A stretch of 64,000 bases of DNA from Tubulanus polymorphus (Eukaryota > Animalia > Nemertea), in contig NC_134034.1 in the NCBI RefSeq assembly GCF_964204645.1, positions 2,993,814 through 3,057,813 on the forward strand, given 5' to 3'. Within the stretch, counting starts at the first letter, position 1. The number at the start of each line of letters is the position of its first letter. Below, piece after piece: positions 46,141-63,572 of the stretch. The translations under genes were made by a program, and so were the position numbers. Under the pieces are notes generated by a model. The model made no database searches. It was not told where the DNA came from and saw nothing but the letters and a program-made list of their open reading frames with translations.

Positions 46141-49100
46141 ATGAAATTCGTGTTTTGCTTGGTTTTATGCGTGACGGCGCTGGCGGTATCTGAAGCGTGT
46201 TCGTGCGACCCGACGGTAGATGTAAGCGACTACAGTCGTTATGACTTTGGTTAGTTTGTGTAGTTAGAGGTCGAACGGTGAATCAATTGATATCTATGCC
46301 TTTTAGAATAATTTGGAGGGCAAGATAAGAAATAAGATGGCAAGCTGATGTAGATATTACAAATATTTAATAAATTTCCATTTTATACAGAAATTTTCAA
46401 ACGGGCGTGAACAGGAAAGAACGAAATTAGAAATAATTTCTTTTTCTAATTTCGACATAGAAAAAAAGACAAGAGTAAAAATTGTATTTTGCATTGGATT
46501 CAAGTGATAAGAGGGATTTAAAAAAAGTTACTTTTGAATAGAAAAAAGAACGAATTTAAAAAAAAATCTAATTTTTCAAATTGTTGATTTTTGCAGAATT
46601 CCGCGAGGCAGACCTTAATCGATCATGTTCTTATGATCCTCACTTATCTTTTATTGATAATAATTTTGTGTTTTCCCGTATTTTAATCCAATGCACGCTT
46701 TTCTAGGATCGGACTAGCTAACTACTGGTACTAACCTAGCCATAACAATAGAGGTCTTCGAGACAACGAAAGAATTTTTTTTCAAGGGATTTTAAGTTGA
46801 TTCTTAGAGACAAACCAATTGACCAATTGACTAACCTGAGGAGGGGAAAATGTAACTCTCGAAAACGTTTGCTTTAATATATATATATACTCATTAGAAA
46901 ATGAGATTTTTACTGTTTTTGCTTCTATGGATTTTCACCGAACCAATTCCGAATATTCCGACACTGATTTCTTGGACTATATTTAAACTATTTTAAATGT
47001 ACCTCCATTCGTTCTAGGTATATCATAATAATTAGAACAGCTTCTATCCTGTATCGACTTGATATATTCCAGTGGTGCGAGCTCGGGTGAAGAGGGAACG
47101 CGTTAAGAACGGAATGCGTAAATATGTAGTGAAAATAAAGGAAATATTCGAACAAGTAGGTAACAAAACAAGAGCTTTACGCATTTCTGTGTTTAGTATC
47201 CGTAGATAGGTCCAGTGCTGAATTCTTCGTGAAATATCTTGAATGCATTCCCAAAGCCATAATCATGTACGCCATGTGACGCAGGCCTCGATTTTCATGA
47301 GGGTGGAACTTTTTGTTGAAAGCGGAACTGTTTGTAAGGTGCTCAAACCAAGTCGGGTCCTGGGAGTACCCGCGCAGGAAACTATCTAAAATCAGATGCA
47401 AGAGCATTATCACAACTTCTAGCATATTTGGGATGAACATTTTGGTGTTTTTTTTTCCTACAATTTTGCCTCAAGTATAAGTTTCGCAGCATGCCCATAT
47501 TTTGAACGAAAACGAATGACTAACTGTTACCATAGCGCGAATCTTTTGAAATCGATGCTCAACATTTTCTTAAGACTGGCATCTGGGTGGAACTTCGTCC
47601 ATGGGCGGGGAGGGGGGTTCGTTCGGACTCCCGAGTCCCCCTCCCCTAATAAGGGCCTGTGTGGCTATCTGTTAAGAGTCGAAACGTTGCTCTAAACATG
47701 GTTGATACTCTCTCATTTCTTCGAGAACTTTCCGTCTTTTGCTTAGATAATTGCGGGATTTATTACGTACGTTCCAAATGGGTTCTTTCATCCAATGACT
47801 CATCGCCGATGACAATATATACCGACACGCGTCATTCATAGATTTTAGCATCATTTATGCTATTTGCTGATTGCTCTAACAATTCACAAACCTTTTTCGA
47901 TTTCTTCACGCGTCCCTCCATCTAAGTATTTTTGTATTTCTATAATTAGGCGTATTACAATTCAAAATGTTAAATGGATCTACATTATCGATTATTATAA
48001 TTATCATTTTAACATATTCGTAAATGGAAAACGTATATCATTTGCAGCCCCCAAATATGGTCACGTACGGGGGTGGCGGTAACAAGTTGAATATCTATAC
48101 TAATTCAGAATCGAGTCTATGCGGAATTCGCCTAACAGTAGGCAGCCTGTATGTGCTCGGCGGTAAGTACCATGAAAGTCATCTACGCTCTTCTATTGTT
48201 AGTCAGGTATCGGCACTGTTACTGCGGCAAGCGAGGATTCCGTGCCGGTTATTGAAGATTCATTTCTATTTCCATTCGTCGGTTTGAAATACTTGGTTGC
48301 ACGATGTGCGAGTGTGATGACGCGCTGTGATGCGTCCGGATGATACGGCCGAGACTGCTTCCAGTCTCTCCGCGTAACCCGATTCGATACCGGCACCGCT
48401 ACTGTGGCAATCGAGTATCCGCCAGGTTCGCTAGTGGTTACTCGGTCACCGCGCTTCAATTTCTTCTACATTTCATTTAAATTCGAATCAACTTTTCTTC
48501 GGCAAATCTTTTTTTAGTAAAACTATACTATAAAATCAGCGGGCGATGCCAATTTGAATTTGAAACAGATACATTTGGTGACTTGTTTCACAAAATTTCC
48601 GTTTGGGAGCCTAAAAATCAAGTTCTAAGTCCATTGAAAATGAACTAATTTTCGCTATCGACAACTGAGTTGCATTGTTGCGCCATCTGGTTTGTGCCGG
48701 TACCCCATCATTTTGTCAATTTTATTTCCTTATGTCTGTAAGTCTGTTATAACGTTCAATAATGTGACATTTTTCCATGAAGAATTTCAATTTCAAAATT
48801 TCCAGGTTTATTAGTCGACTCTTTGGGACACCAGATGGCACAACGATACACTCAGTAAGGTTATCTTAAGTTTTAGTTTAGGGGACTAAAGAATTCGGAA
48901 ATGAACTTGGAATTGATTGTATCGTAGTGCCATCTGGGGCCGGTATTTCAAAAGTTGTTTAGCGTTAACCAATGGGGATAGCTGACATCGCCGGTTGCCT
49001 TTTAACCAACTGTTGATCAACTGACCCTTGGCGCGTAAGCTTGTGGTGTCGATACCGCGTTAAAGATTGCTTTAAAAATAAGCGACGTTTTTTGTGATTT

Positions 49101-49172
49101 ATAGGAAGTTATGATGCAACGAGCAGCAGAGCGAACATAGGCTCGTGTCAATATTATACCCAAGTAAGTTAA
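46141..49172 (+). CDS. TIMP/NTR-like protein A, second full copy (124 aa)
   Basis: Exons 46141-46249, 47073-47155, 48048-48162 and 49105-49172; ends GSYDATSSRANIGSCQYYTQVS*. Confidence 0.85.
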
Positions 49173-52100
49173 TCGATAATTCCCAAGGGAGCCGATTGAA
49201 GAAAAGAAAATGCAGTTACAATGACCGCGGTATCTATTACAAAGAATTGCCTGTCATCTGAATAGTTAATAAGATATAGTGATATATCCATAAGTCGTTT
49301 TCTATTTTGTATTTCTGTGGGATTTTCGTCAAATCGTGTTGGTTTTCACGCCGGTAAATCAGAACTTCAAAACTCGGGTTAAAACGCGTCGCTGTTCGTC
49401 ACAATTATCGACTTCAAATCGATCGGGTCAATACGCGCTACATATCTCTTTAAGCGAAGGAAAAGCCGACAAAATCTCCAGGATCTTCCGGGATCTGTGC
49501 AGCTGGGGTGCAGTACGGCATAGTATTAACTAAAGGTAAATTGCGCGCGCACCGTCTGCGTGTTGAGTCTCGTTCTCGATCGTTTATCGATCCAACGCGA
49601 TCAAGTCGCGACGCGTTTTAAAACCGATACATCTATGTGCGGTACAGGCGTTTCATTCCTTTCCTAGACGCCGATCATTTCCCGTTTCGCAAACATAAAA
49701 GAAGCGGAATACGAACAAACTTTAACGATGTCAGGCTAATGGTGAGCTGTTCCGCGTATAAGTAGAAATTACGTTCGTCGACCACAGGTCCGTGGAAGTT
49801 ATTGAAAAGGAGACGGTCGTCTTTGAACACGTATCAGAATTTTGCTCCGTGAAATCATGGCCTTCTAAAACCTCTTGTAGTTTTGAAAAAAAAACCCTGC
49901 GCAATCGTAAGAACGCAATTAAGAGTTTTGACGTTTGGACCGAAATACTTGCTCCGTTTTAAAAAAGACTTCGTACGTCACACTTTTCTTTATTTCGCGT
50001 TTTCGTCGATTCACTTCTCAGTGGTTTTCTAGACATTGGTGTCTGGTTTACACAGTTTTTTTCCTGTGCTTTTAAACATCGGTCGAATATCGATGGTGAA
50101 TTCACTGATCGGTTGTCACGTCTACGAATATTTGTTGAATTCCCTGGCTGCTTGCAGTTCCTGATAGTAGCCATATCTGTAGAACGCGCGGCAATTGTGC
50201 TCTTCCCGTTCACAATTCAATTCAATTCAATTTAATCTTTATTGCACCTTAATATATTAATGACATTAATGGCTTTTCACAATGAAGAGGAGAACAAGAA
50301 TCAAGTGTCAAAAAGGAGAGTACATGTATAGTATATATATATATATCGGAAGATGAAAGAACCAGATAAAATTTGTAGCAGTCTCTATACAAATATGATA
50401 AGAAGATAAGCAGATACACTATAGTTTTTCGATACTATGCCGACTATGATCCGACAGTCCGAGACTGTTCATATGATTACATCCCGTTTGACATGTACAC
50501 CGATATTCGCCCGAAGCGCCGTTTATATTATTTTCGGTATCGATACATTGGTCTTCCCCGGGGTACTTAGCAAGCAGTAATAACGGATTTTTCTGACGAT
50601 TTGGATGTTACTGTGAGATATTTTAAATATTTCTTTTTTTCAAATACAAGTCTATATTATAGAAAAATAGAAATACGACATAGAATTGACGAATTTCCCA
50701 CTTAGGTCTCGAAAGACATTATGAGTGAGCTCTATTACAAAAGACGGCGTAAATATAGTTTTCTGCAATAATTGGTTGTAATAATACGTAATATTTGTAT
50801 TCTGCACGATAATCACCACCCGCGTTTTAATTCTGCCTTCATCGGTGATAATCGTATCAAATTCTGTTATAATTATCCAGTTATTAAGAAGTTCAGAGAT
50901 GGTTTCGACTGAAACAGAAAACTACGAAATCGAAACGTACGACAAGCAGTAACGCTTGTTTCAGTTTCACCCGCATTAGCGCAATGTTCGCATAACCAAA
51001 CGCTGTTGCTGCGTTCGTACATACCTCGGAGCAAAGACTTTTTCTTTTAGCAATATAAGGCTAAAAAGAAATTGATACCTTGTTTCTCCGCTCTGCTGAG
51101 CTTAAATGTTGACCCGGCCGGCCGCCTATCTACCCTATACATTACTTTTTTTAAAATCGTGATCAATTTTACCATAACAGACTCGGCCGCTATAGAAATG
51201 AACTGTTTATAAATTTTATCATATTTTACAAAAATGACCAGGCCGCTGCGGAGAAACAAGGTGTCATTTTTGTTTAGCCTAATCAGTCGTTTTGTGTAAC
51301 CATTCGATTCAATTTCTACATCTTGGGACGTTGAATTCGCGGTTTTATTCCGTACACGAATCCGCAGTAGAAATTCAGTCAAATGAGTTGTTAATCGTTC
51401 ACTCTGGTATCTGTTGCGGTATTTACTTATCATCAGTATAAGGCCATTTCTCTGACACGCCACATTAGGGTATAATTAGGGTAAAAACCTCAAAATTGGA
51501 AATCGACCAAGAAAATGATTTATGAAAAATGTAAACAAAAGTTGGGCTACAGTGATAACTGAATTGGTTCCTTGAATATTTTCTACATGCATTTCTCGGT
51601 GATCTTAAACATCCATCCGGCGACTTGAGTCGGTCGATGATATCGGAATTCGTTTTGCACACGTGTTACAAACTGTCGGTCAAATACTAAGTTGCGACAT
51701 ATGCTGGGATTCAGTTGTCTGAGCCTCTTCAATTTCTCGATTATGACGTTGTCGTGGCCGTTGTTTAGATAAAGCGTGGTCGACGCTATCGCCACAGTCG
51801 AGAATTAGTTGTGACACATGTTTTCAATTGTCAAAACCTATTGACGACTCTCTAAATCTTTGCAATGGTCGATGATGCTCGAGTTGTCGTTGGGTAAATA
51901 AATTCGTGTATAAAATGGCCAACGCGGCCACCATCTGAAACAGTGTTCATTCTCTACGGTTAGAAGCGGTAAGTGCTCCATAACATTATGGTTGGTTTTC
52001 TTTCTTGTCTAAACACGGCGCGGTTTTCGCAGCTCGGCGTTAAAGTTAGCAGAATATGTACTGGTTACGGAAGCGATAAGGGGCCTCGAGATGTCGCGTT

Positions 52101-53010
52101 CAAACTTGACAAGTCGTCATATTTATGTCGACATACCGCGATATATCGCGTCAAGTCGACATGAATATGTCGATATATCGTGACGTTTTGACGACATATT
52201 TCGTTCTCTCGACCACTTTCCACGCGGCAAGTCGACATATTCACGACGACTTGAAACTCAGTCGTCATTTCACTGGTGTCCTCATCTTCCATTTAGACGT
52301 GTCTTCAAATGACGGCTTGTCCCGTGGAAAATGGGCGAAAAAGCGAAATTTGTCGTGAAAACGTCACGATATGTCGACATATTCATGTCGACTTGACGCG
52401 ATATATCGCGATATATCGACATAAATATGACGACTTGTCGAGTTTGAACGCGACATCTCGAGGCCCCTTATCGCTTCCGTATAAACGTATTCTCGATCTC
52501 TCGAACGGGTTCCTGGTTTGCGTACGATTTTCGTAACGAGTAGGCGAGATGTCTACCGTTACAATGATGTAGTTTATTCTTTATCATCATCAAAGTGTGT
52601 GTACTACAGTGTGTTACATTAATGTGTCCTTCACATTCAGGCGTGACCAACCGTAATCTATGAAAAGTATAAATTCTTCGCTTTTTGAATTTTTGAAATG
52701 AATAAATAAATTAATTCATTTTTATACGTTAATACCTAGTTTTCGTTAGGGGTTCCGTGTGAACTGTGCGCGTTGTGCACAACGTCATCAATATTGGCGT
52801 TTCAAAATATAAAAACGATATTTGGACGTCTATTTTGTAATCAAACATAATAGACTCCGATTTTCTATTCAATAAATTTCTTATTTATGATTTTATCGTT
52901 TTCTAGTTTAGTTCTAATCGTGGAGAGAATGAATTTCCCTTTTTTTATGCTGAATTCGAATTCGGTTTTATTACCATTTCAGGAAAACAGTTGTCGCTCG
53001 AGAAGTCAAT

Positions 53011-55197
<2,187 letters not shown>

Positions 55198-56284
55198 GGG
55201 CTGATTAAGGAGAATTCGTCGAAGGGGTTGGACTACCAAATTGGAATTGGCATTCAATTTGAAGTGGGCAGATTTGGCAACGCGAGAGCTTCACACGCGA
55301 AACTTTAGTAGCCGCGATCATACGAGCGTTTTTGGCCTGGAACAACTGTTCTCACGGGTGCCCAATGGGCCCAAGCCTGTTTGGTACGACCAAAAACGTC
55401 GGACCAGGCCCGAGCCAAATTCTAGCACGGGACATGATTGCGTCTCAATCGCAACTGGTTCCGGAGATGACTTACTTCGCTTTGTTTGGGCCAAATTTGA
55501 CTCGGGTCCGATCAGCGACAATTCGGCACGGGCCAGATCGTTCCTTGTGATCGCGGCTATTGGTGGGTTTCATAGGGGTGGACTATTCCACCCGGTCCAG
55601 CCCCTAAATCCACCCTTGACAACTAAAAACCTTAGTAATCTCGTACATAAGAATGTCTGATATCTATGAATAGCTAATAAGATATAGCGATATATCAATA
55701 AGTCGTTTGTTGTTTTGAAATTTTGTGGGATTTTCGTCAAATCGTGATGGTTTTCAAACCCCGTAATCAGAAACGCGGTCGATGCGTCGCTGTACATCAC
55801 ACTTACTAATATCAAATCGATCGGAAAGAATAAAGCCTGATCGGGCAGTGGTCTGTGGCTGATAGCAGAAGGACACGCCCATCCACTGTTCACGCCTACG
55901 GGTATCGATTTTCTCATCGAACAAGGTCAAGGTCGGAACCAGTGTCTCTCCCTGGTGTTTCCGCGTTGGTCATTTGTTTTTCTATCGCAGACGATCCTGT
56001 TAATACTGCTACACAAACCTGTCGCAGGTATTATGTCAGATACGGGCTGGAAAAAACTGGGAACTTGGCACTCGCTCGGAAACTATACGAACTACGAACC
56101 ATCAATAAAATCAATACATCAATACGTTCATTTCTAATACCGACTAACAATCATTTTTTATTTGCATTTTCAAACAAATGTTAATAATTTGACACAAACT
56201 TTAATCGTATATAGAACCAGGAAACCCGACACCTATCTCAGGACCATATACATCTTCAAATCTTAAGTGTAAAATACCCGTCAT

Positions 56285-57236
56285 TCATGCGGAATCATCC
56301 ACAGATTCAGCGGGATTATCCACAGATTCAGCGGGATTATCCGCATTATCAGCGGAATTATCCACAGATTCAGCGGGATTATCCACAGCATCCGTTGCAG
56401 TGGTAACTGGTCCTTTCGAGAGCCGTTTCAATGCCATTTTGAAAGCTTTTACATTTTTTACAAGATCTTTTACATTACTTCTTACGAAATTGATTATCAG
56501 CGATTTGCCTCGTTTTGATTTGAGGATTTTTGGTAAGGGGCGAGGTAGACGTGAATCCGGTGATCGTAAAACTTCCAAGATCTTGCTCTTGGTGATAGTA
56601 TCGCAATCTACTTTCATCAGTGGTGATACGGCGTTGCCGTATAACTTACGAGCATGAGTTAACGCCTGCAAAATAAAAACAAAAACACGATTGAAAATGC
56701 TATTTCTAGGTAAACACTTCACGTACAACTGTAAATCACGATTACAAGAATACTAGAGGTATTTCCGGTGATTTGTCTTTCCAAGAGGATAGATACGTAG
56801 ATAGAATGGGTAGACAGACAGACAGAAAGATAGACAGAGAGACGACAGACATACGACAGACGGACAGACAGATCAGATAGAAAAGACAGGCAGCCTGTCA
56901 GGCAGATAGATAGATAGACATGCATGCAGACATACAGATAAGACAGGCAGCCAGACTGACGACAGACAGATAGGCAGATAGACAGACAGACAGATAGACA
57001 GATAGACATATCGACAGACAGATGACAGACAGATAGATGGATTTAACGAACTACACGTGGTATGATTGAACAAACGCTTTTAACGAGACGCGCTTGTCCT
57101 AATTTACCTTGCGACATAGAGGCTTCAATTCTTTACTTTTACTTTTATTTCTACTTCTTGCCTTCGCCGGATCAATGGCATCGGTTGAAACCAAGAAAAC
57201 AGCCATAAAAACCACCAACAAACTGATCAAATTCAT
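56285..57236 (-). CDS. Secreted cationic protein with acidic repeat tail, second full copy (169 aa)
   Basis: Exons 57236-57108 (donor AAG|GTAAAT) and 56665-56285; three fewer 7-aa tail units than copy 1. Confidence 0.84.
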
Positions 57237-60223
57237 GTTTTCTCCGGTAAACTGCAAGTAGATCATAAGAGAATAGAGATTTGTCAAATGGATTTTTCCA
57301 AAGTTGATTCTACATATTAATCTACTAGATTTTTTCGATAAGAACGCCCAATAGATTAGTTCCTGGTTGCTAGAAAAAGAATGGCTCCCGGTAGCACCAG
57401 AACTAGATACTGGCTCCCAGCAGCACCAGAACTAGAGACTGGCTCCCTGCCGTACCAGCACCGAGAGACTGGTTCCCTGCCGCACCAGAACTAGACACTG
57501 GCTCCCAGCAGCACCAGAACTAGAGACTGGCTCCCTGTCGCACCAGAACTAGAGACTGGCTCCCTGCCGCACCAGAACTAGAGACTAGCTCCCAGCAGCA
57601 CCAGAACAAGAGACTGGTTCCCTGCCGCACCAGAACTAGAGACTGGCTCCCAGCAGCACCAGAACTAGAGACTGGCTCCCTGCCGTACCAGCACTAGAGA
57701 CTGGCTCTCTGCCGCACCAGAACTAGAGACTGGCTCCCTGCCACACCAGAACTAGAGACTGGCTCCCAGTCGCACCAGAACTAGAAATTGGCGCCCTGCC
57801 GCACCAGAACTAGATACTGGCTCCCAGCAGCACCAGAACTAGAGTCTGGCTCCCTGCCGCACCAGAACTAGAGACTGTATCTCTGCCGCACCAGAACTAG
57901 ATACTGGCTCCCTGCCGCACCAGAACTAGAGACTACTCCCTGCCGCACCAGAACTAGAGATGTTATAAGTGATCTTACCTTGTGTGTTGAGATGTCTAAA
58001 CGTGCTGTTGAAGCGACTGAGGAATGTCTCATTTTACGGATTGAATCTTGCGAGTTTTATACATTTTCTGGCCTGAATAATATTTGAACAGAAGTTGCCA
58101 AACGGCTTCAGATTAAACAATTCACTGAACAATAGATTTAATACCATCGATTTACAGGATCGATCGCTGCTTTGTTTGATTAATCTTTGGCGCCTGTTAT
58201 TCTACCCGTATTTTGCTGGAAATTTGAAGGACGGTCGTGTTGGCGGTTTTAAATTTTCATCCAGACATGAATTAGATTAGTCGAATGTCCACAGTCTCAA
58301 ACGTTGTGAACAGATAATAAGATCAAACCTGCTTTGTACGAATTGGATTTTCTTTTTTTTAACGAGAATCTATTCATTCAAAAAAAATTAAACGAACATG
58401 ATGTTTCAAATGATCTCACCCTAAAGAGATCACCGCTAGGCGTGATTACTTCCAGAAGGCTGCTGTAGATTTGAATTGAAGTTTTAGATATTAACCGAAC
58501 TGATATTCGACAGACTTGAGACTTCTCTTGCTGTTTCGCAGAAAACCTTTTTGATTTCCTCCGGATTATAAGCTTTATCGTTATCATTATTATTTTCCTT
58601 CCCTTTTCCAAGCAGATAATTCCCAAACGTCAGCCTAAGGGTCCACGCTACTTAGCGAATTTCTAGAAAATATTCTAAGGATTTTACCTAACTTCCGTAC
58701 CCAAAGTGGCTGTGGACTGTGGAACTGGGTCCACTGTAGAAGTAGGTCCATAACCGTAGAACTTGGCTCGAAGTAGGCGCAGAACTGTGAAACTGGATCC
58801 GCAAGGTCCGCAACTGTGGACCTGGGTAACTGGGCCGATCATGTAGAAGCAGATCTAGAAAATGTGGAACTGGGTCCTTACTGTTTAGTTACGCCCGGAT
58901 CTCGAACTGGGTCAATAAACTCAGTGTTGTCTAAAACTGTACTTGGGATAGGTAGAAGTAGATCCAGAACTATGGAACTGGGTCAACAAGAACTGTGGAA
59001 CTAGATCCACAACTAGAGGTAGGTCCCAAACTGTGGAACTGGGTTCAGGGCTGTGGATAGAACTGTAGAAACAGATGAACAACGTGTGGAATTGAACCCA
59101 GATCTTTCAAAAGTGGATCTAGTTTTATTGAACTTGGTCCAGGATTGTGGAATCTGTGTTGAACTGAGGAATTTGGTCTCAACCTGAAAAAGCTGATGTT
59201 TTGACATAAAAATCTATTGCAACTCGTTTGTTTTCTGTATGCAGTTACATTGTCGAGAACTTGTTCAAATTGGGGGAAATTGGCGAACAGAAAACTTATT
59301 ACGCCAATCCCCCCCCCCCCACTTCCTCGGTAAAAATCAACATCCAGATTTCACAGCTAATCTCGAACAAAATACTGCAATTGAATTCGTATGTTGAAAA
59401 ACTTAGTTTTAAAAATTTTCCGGGGTATTTCTTTACAATTCACCTTGGATAGTGATCCCTTGACCAAGCTACGTGCATAAAATGGACTAATCAAGCAACA
59501 TGCACAAACAACAACATGCACAAAAAATTAGATTATCATACGACGTATAGTTTTGTAAATTTCTATGAAGAAATATATAGTTTGAATGATATGATGAATA
59601 TGTATGTGCATATGTGTTTGCTAGATATTATTGTAGAAGTATCTATCTATTTTCATTTAGGTTTTTATACTTAAGTTGATAGAAAACCGAACCTAGGGGG
59701 ATTTGTTTCAGGGGCGGATTTAGACCGTGTGGACCGTGTGGCCCGACACGGTCGGAATTTTAAAGTGCCTTTTTATTTTTTCTTTGTATGAAAATTTGCC
59801 GTTGTAAGGTTGGTAAGGGAACTGTCTGATTAAACACTGGATCGTGTTCGAACAATAATGTTTTTACTGCCGATATTTGAGTTTACACAGTTCACTTCTG
59901 TTATCTCTAGAACGCTAACACTATGTAGCCTATCCCATCATCAAACACACGACCATTCAAACTAGACGTCACATTGCCAGTCGTCTGTTACTAGGCCTAC
60001 TGATTACACATTGAACTCACACTAATTCTGAGAACTAGTGGTGTAGAATTCGACCTTCAAACACGATCAGCGAAAAAGATTTTCTGAATAACAAATGCAA
60101 TTCGTACGCACGGTGTATGGTTTTATCAAACCACCACGATGAATACAAGTTTTCCTGTAGATAAATGAGGAAATCCCACACTTCGAATTTTAAAATCATA
60201 CGATCAAATTTATCATAATGAAA

Positions 60224-60265
60224 CCACAACGTTTCGGCTGTTGACTAACAGCCATCATCAGGTAG
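60224..60265 (-). ncRNA. Minimal hammerhead ribozyme, second copy
   Basis: Identical to 23371-23412. Confidence 0.72.
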
Positions 60266-61472
60266 AATGACCAAAAAAACGAGTAACAAAGCATAAACTC
60301 GCAGGATCTAAAATAGAAGCAGTGTATCAAAACTAAAGATAAACAGACCAAGCATTAAATGTTTATCTTTAGTTTTGATTCACTGTTTAGATCCTGCGAG
60401 TTAATATGCTTTGTTACTTGTTTTTCTGGTCATTCCACCTGATGATGGCTGTTAGTCAACAACTCTGTGGTTTCGAAATAATAAATTCTATCCTATAATT
60501 TAATTCGAAGTGTGGGATTTCTTTATTTATCTACAGTATACACGGATTATAGTGTTTATTCGACAACTAAGTTTTCCTGTATTTATCATAATTTCCGGAT
60601 TCTTGCGGTTCCTGGCATTTCAATCGGCATGATGTATAGTATTGTTAACCATATTTCATCAGATTGCAAAATAGAATCACTAAAATTCAATAAAGTATCT
60701 TACAGTTTGTTTTCATGTTCTTGTATTGCAATGGTATTTTGATAATTTTCTGTCCCATTCAGAAATCGCTTCAGCTTTTCGGAAAGTTTCCGGAGATTTG
60801 TCATATCAGATTTTATTTTCCTAATCATTTGCTAGTGTCTTCTAATCAAATAAGATTTGCTCAACAGAATGAATTTGACGACTTGTTCCTAAGACATTTT
60901 CACCAACGTGCTTTTAAAATGCACTGGGAAATAACATCATTCAGGGATTCAGGTTTTGACTCTTTTCTAAAGGATTTCAAGAATTGAACTGCGTGGCAGT
61001 TTCAATCCGACCACGATTTCTGTACAAAATTTCCCACTTGTGAACTAAGAAAAAAATAAGGCTTGGGGAATTTCTTTTTGCGATTTTTCAAACAAAAATG
61101 TTTCAAAAAGTTTCACCACCTATCAGCGTTTGGCTCAGTGTCAATCAACGACTGTACAACAGCTCTCAAACTTTCTTTAGATTGGATATTCTATTTAATT
61201 CCTGATGAGTTGGCTTCCAAAGTCGGTTGGCGTCCCTAAAATTGGTACTATGTTATGTTAATTTTGTCATAAAAGTTGTAATACTTAGACAATAAAGTTG
61301 TATACATTAAAATCGAAATTTTGTGATGCTGCTCCCTCGCGCATTTCAAACAGCAGCCACTGCGCATCCCGTGACGTAATACCAGCCTCTGAGGCATCGC
61401 GTCTAATCCTTAGCTCCCGAGGTTGTTTACGCAACTGTCAAAAATCGGAAATAAATCAGAAACGACCTGAAA

Positions 61473-63572
61473 ATGCCGCGACTCGTCGAATGCGTGCCCA
61501 ATTTCTCAGAAGGACGACATAAAGAGGTTAATATCGACTCATAAATAAGGAAGATATTCGTGAGGTCGCTCTAATCAATCTGTTAAAAGTCTGAAAATAC
61601 ACACACACCCCCAATTCAATTCAAATCAACTTTTTTTTTTAGTTTCGGAATTTTATACTGTCAAACTCGGGACGGATTTCGATGTTATGGTCAATCTATG
61701 GACAAATGTATATCAGTTAGGATGTTGAATTAGGATTTTGAGTAGAATTCATTGTCTTGATCACTGTGATTGAAGTCTGCTGAAAATGATCTGTGACTGT
61801 GTGGTGTGGTTTTTCCGACTGGAGCCGGATCGGATCAGTAAAAAGACAGGACAGGGGGCTGATCTAGTGACTCCGATCTAGCCTAGGTTATTGAAATCTG
61901 ATCAAAATAAATTCATTTTCGATTAATTTTCTGCTCGGATCTCATTCGGTCTTCCGATCCGAACATTAGGTGAATCGCGCATCGAAATTAATTCTGATTA
62001 GTCTTTACAGTTCAATGTGGCACGATTTTCATACATCATGCATAGAATTTGAGAAATTATTGTTACATTTTAACCCTTTCAGTGCTGGCTAATTAATACC
62101 CTATAGGGCTGAAGATAATTTGAAAATTCTGAAAAATTCCACCCTAGTGTGTTGAATAACGGGAATAGCACTATAGTGCGTCTACACCGCGGCGCGGTGT
62201 ATCATTAGTTACTAATATTTCTCTATGTTTGACAGGTGCTGCCATCTTTCAGGAGAGATAATTAGTAATTACTAATTAAATCAATACACCGCAGTGCGGT
62301 GTACTAGCAAAATCCATTACTGATTCGCACTGCGGTGTAGATGCACTGAAAGGGTTAATGGAGTTTGAGAAAAATCTAGTGTAAACTTCTTACAGTACAC
62401 TAGCGACACCTGGTGGATAATGGTTGAATTCACCTGCCGCAGTAGGAGCGTTGTCGCCGTGGTCTGCCCTACATCGAAACCATCATTGTATTGTTATCAT
62501 TCAGGTTGTCGAAGCTATTGCCGCGGCGATCCAATCAACGGATGGCTGTTCTCTTCTCGACGTCGACCCCGGCGCGTCGACCAACAGGACCGTGTACACG
62601 TTCGTCGGATCTCCGGACGCCGTTGTAGAGGGCGCTTTGAACGCGGCTCGGGCGGCCGCTCAGCTAATCGACATGACTCGGCATAGCGGTACGTGTAGGC
62701 CTACCTCTCTGATTAAGCCCGCTTTAATTCCTGTTACATTAATCCTGATTTCGATCCGATGGGGATGTTACTTTTGTCCATTTGAAATACGGTGGAACTT
62801 CAGGCGCCGGTTGCACAGTCATGGCCCAGATTTAAAACCAGTCTAAGACTAACTTCATTCTATAGCCAATCTAACAACTTAAGACTGGTCTTTAGAATAA
62901 GTAAGTCTCTAGGGCCCATTTGCATAGAAGAAATACAAAAGTGGTCCTAAATCTTAAGACTAGTCTTAAGTTGTCTTAAGACTAGTCTTAAGACAAGACT
63001 AGTCTTAAGTTGTCTTAAGACTAGTCTTAAGACTATTGAACAAAGAAGGTTTTAGACTAGGTCTTAAATCTTAGCCTTGACTGTGCAACCGACCCCTGAC
63101 TTAGGAACTGGCTCATTGAGGCATCAGCTAAAACCCAGGCATCGGCTAAAACTCAGGGCCCACTTTAGCAGTCATGCCTTAGACTTAAGACCAGTCTTAA
63201 GATTTAAGACCACTTTTGGACTTATGTCACGACTGTGCAACTTGCCCAATTGCCAATTTACATAGTCATGGCTTAGATTTAAGACGAGTCTTAGACCATC
63301 TTCATTCTACAGCCTATGTAAAAACCATTCTTACATCTAAAGCCACTCGTACAACTTGAGCCGAGTCTAAAAAATCTTATAGACCACTTTAGACTCCCGG
63401 GTGACGTGCAAATTTTTTAGTTCTGAAAATATTTTGATTTCAGGAGAACACCCGCGGTTCGGAGCTCTAGACGTTTGTCCGTTTATTCCGTTACAAGACG
63501 TTACGATGGAGGAATGCGTGGAATGCGCTAAAGAATTTGGAGAACGCCTCTCAATGGAATTAGGGGTGCCAG
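61473..63572 (+). CDS. FTCD: Formimidoyltransferase-cyclodeaminase, exons 1-3 (continues beyond the window)
   Basis: Exons 61473-61526, 62505-62688 and 63444-63572 encode [14 protein letters not shown]...NRTVYTFVG...[23 protein letters not shown]...ELGVP, the diagnostic FTCD N-terminus. Confidence 0.96.
62802..63400. mobile_element. Cluster of CTTAAGACTAGTCTTAAG-type MITEs in FTCD intron 2
   Basis: TIR-like GCCGGTTGCACAGTCA / TGACTGTGCAACCGAC, with repeated palindromic CTTAAGACTAGTCTTAAG. The 26145 breakpoint falls inside the first element. Confidence 0.65.
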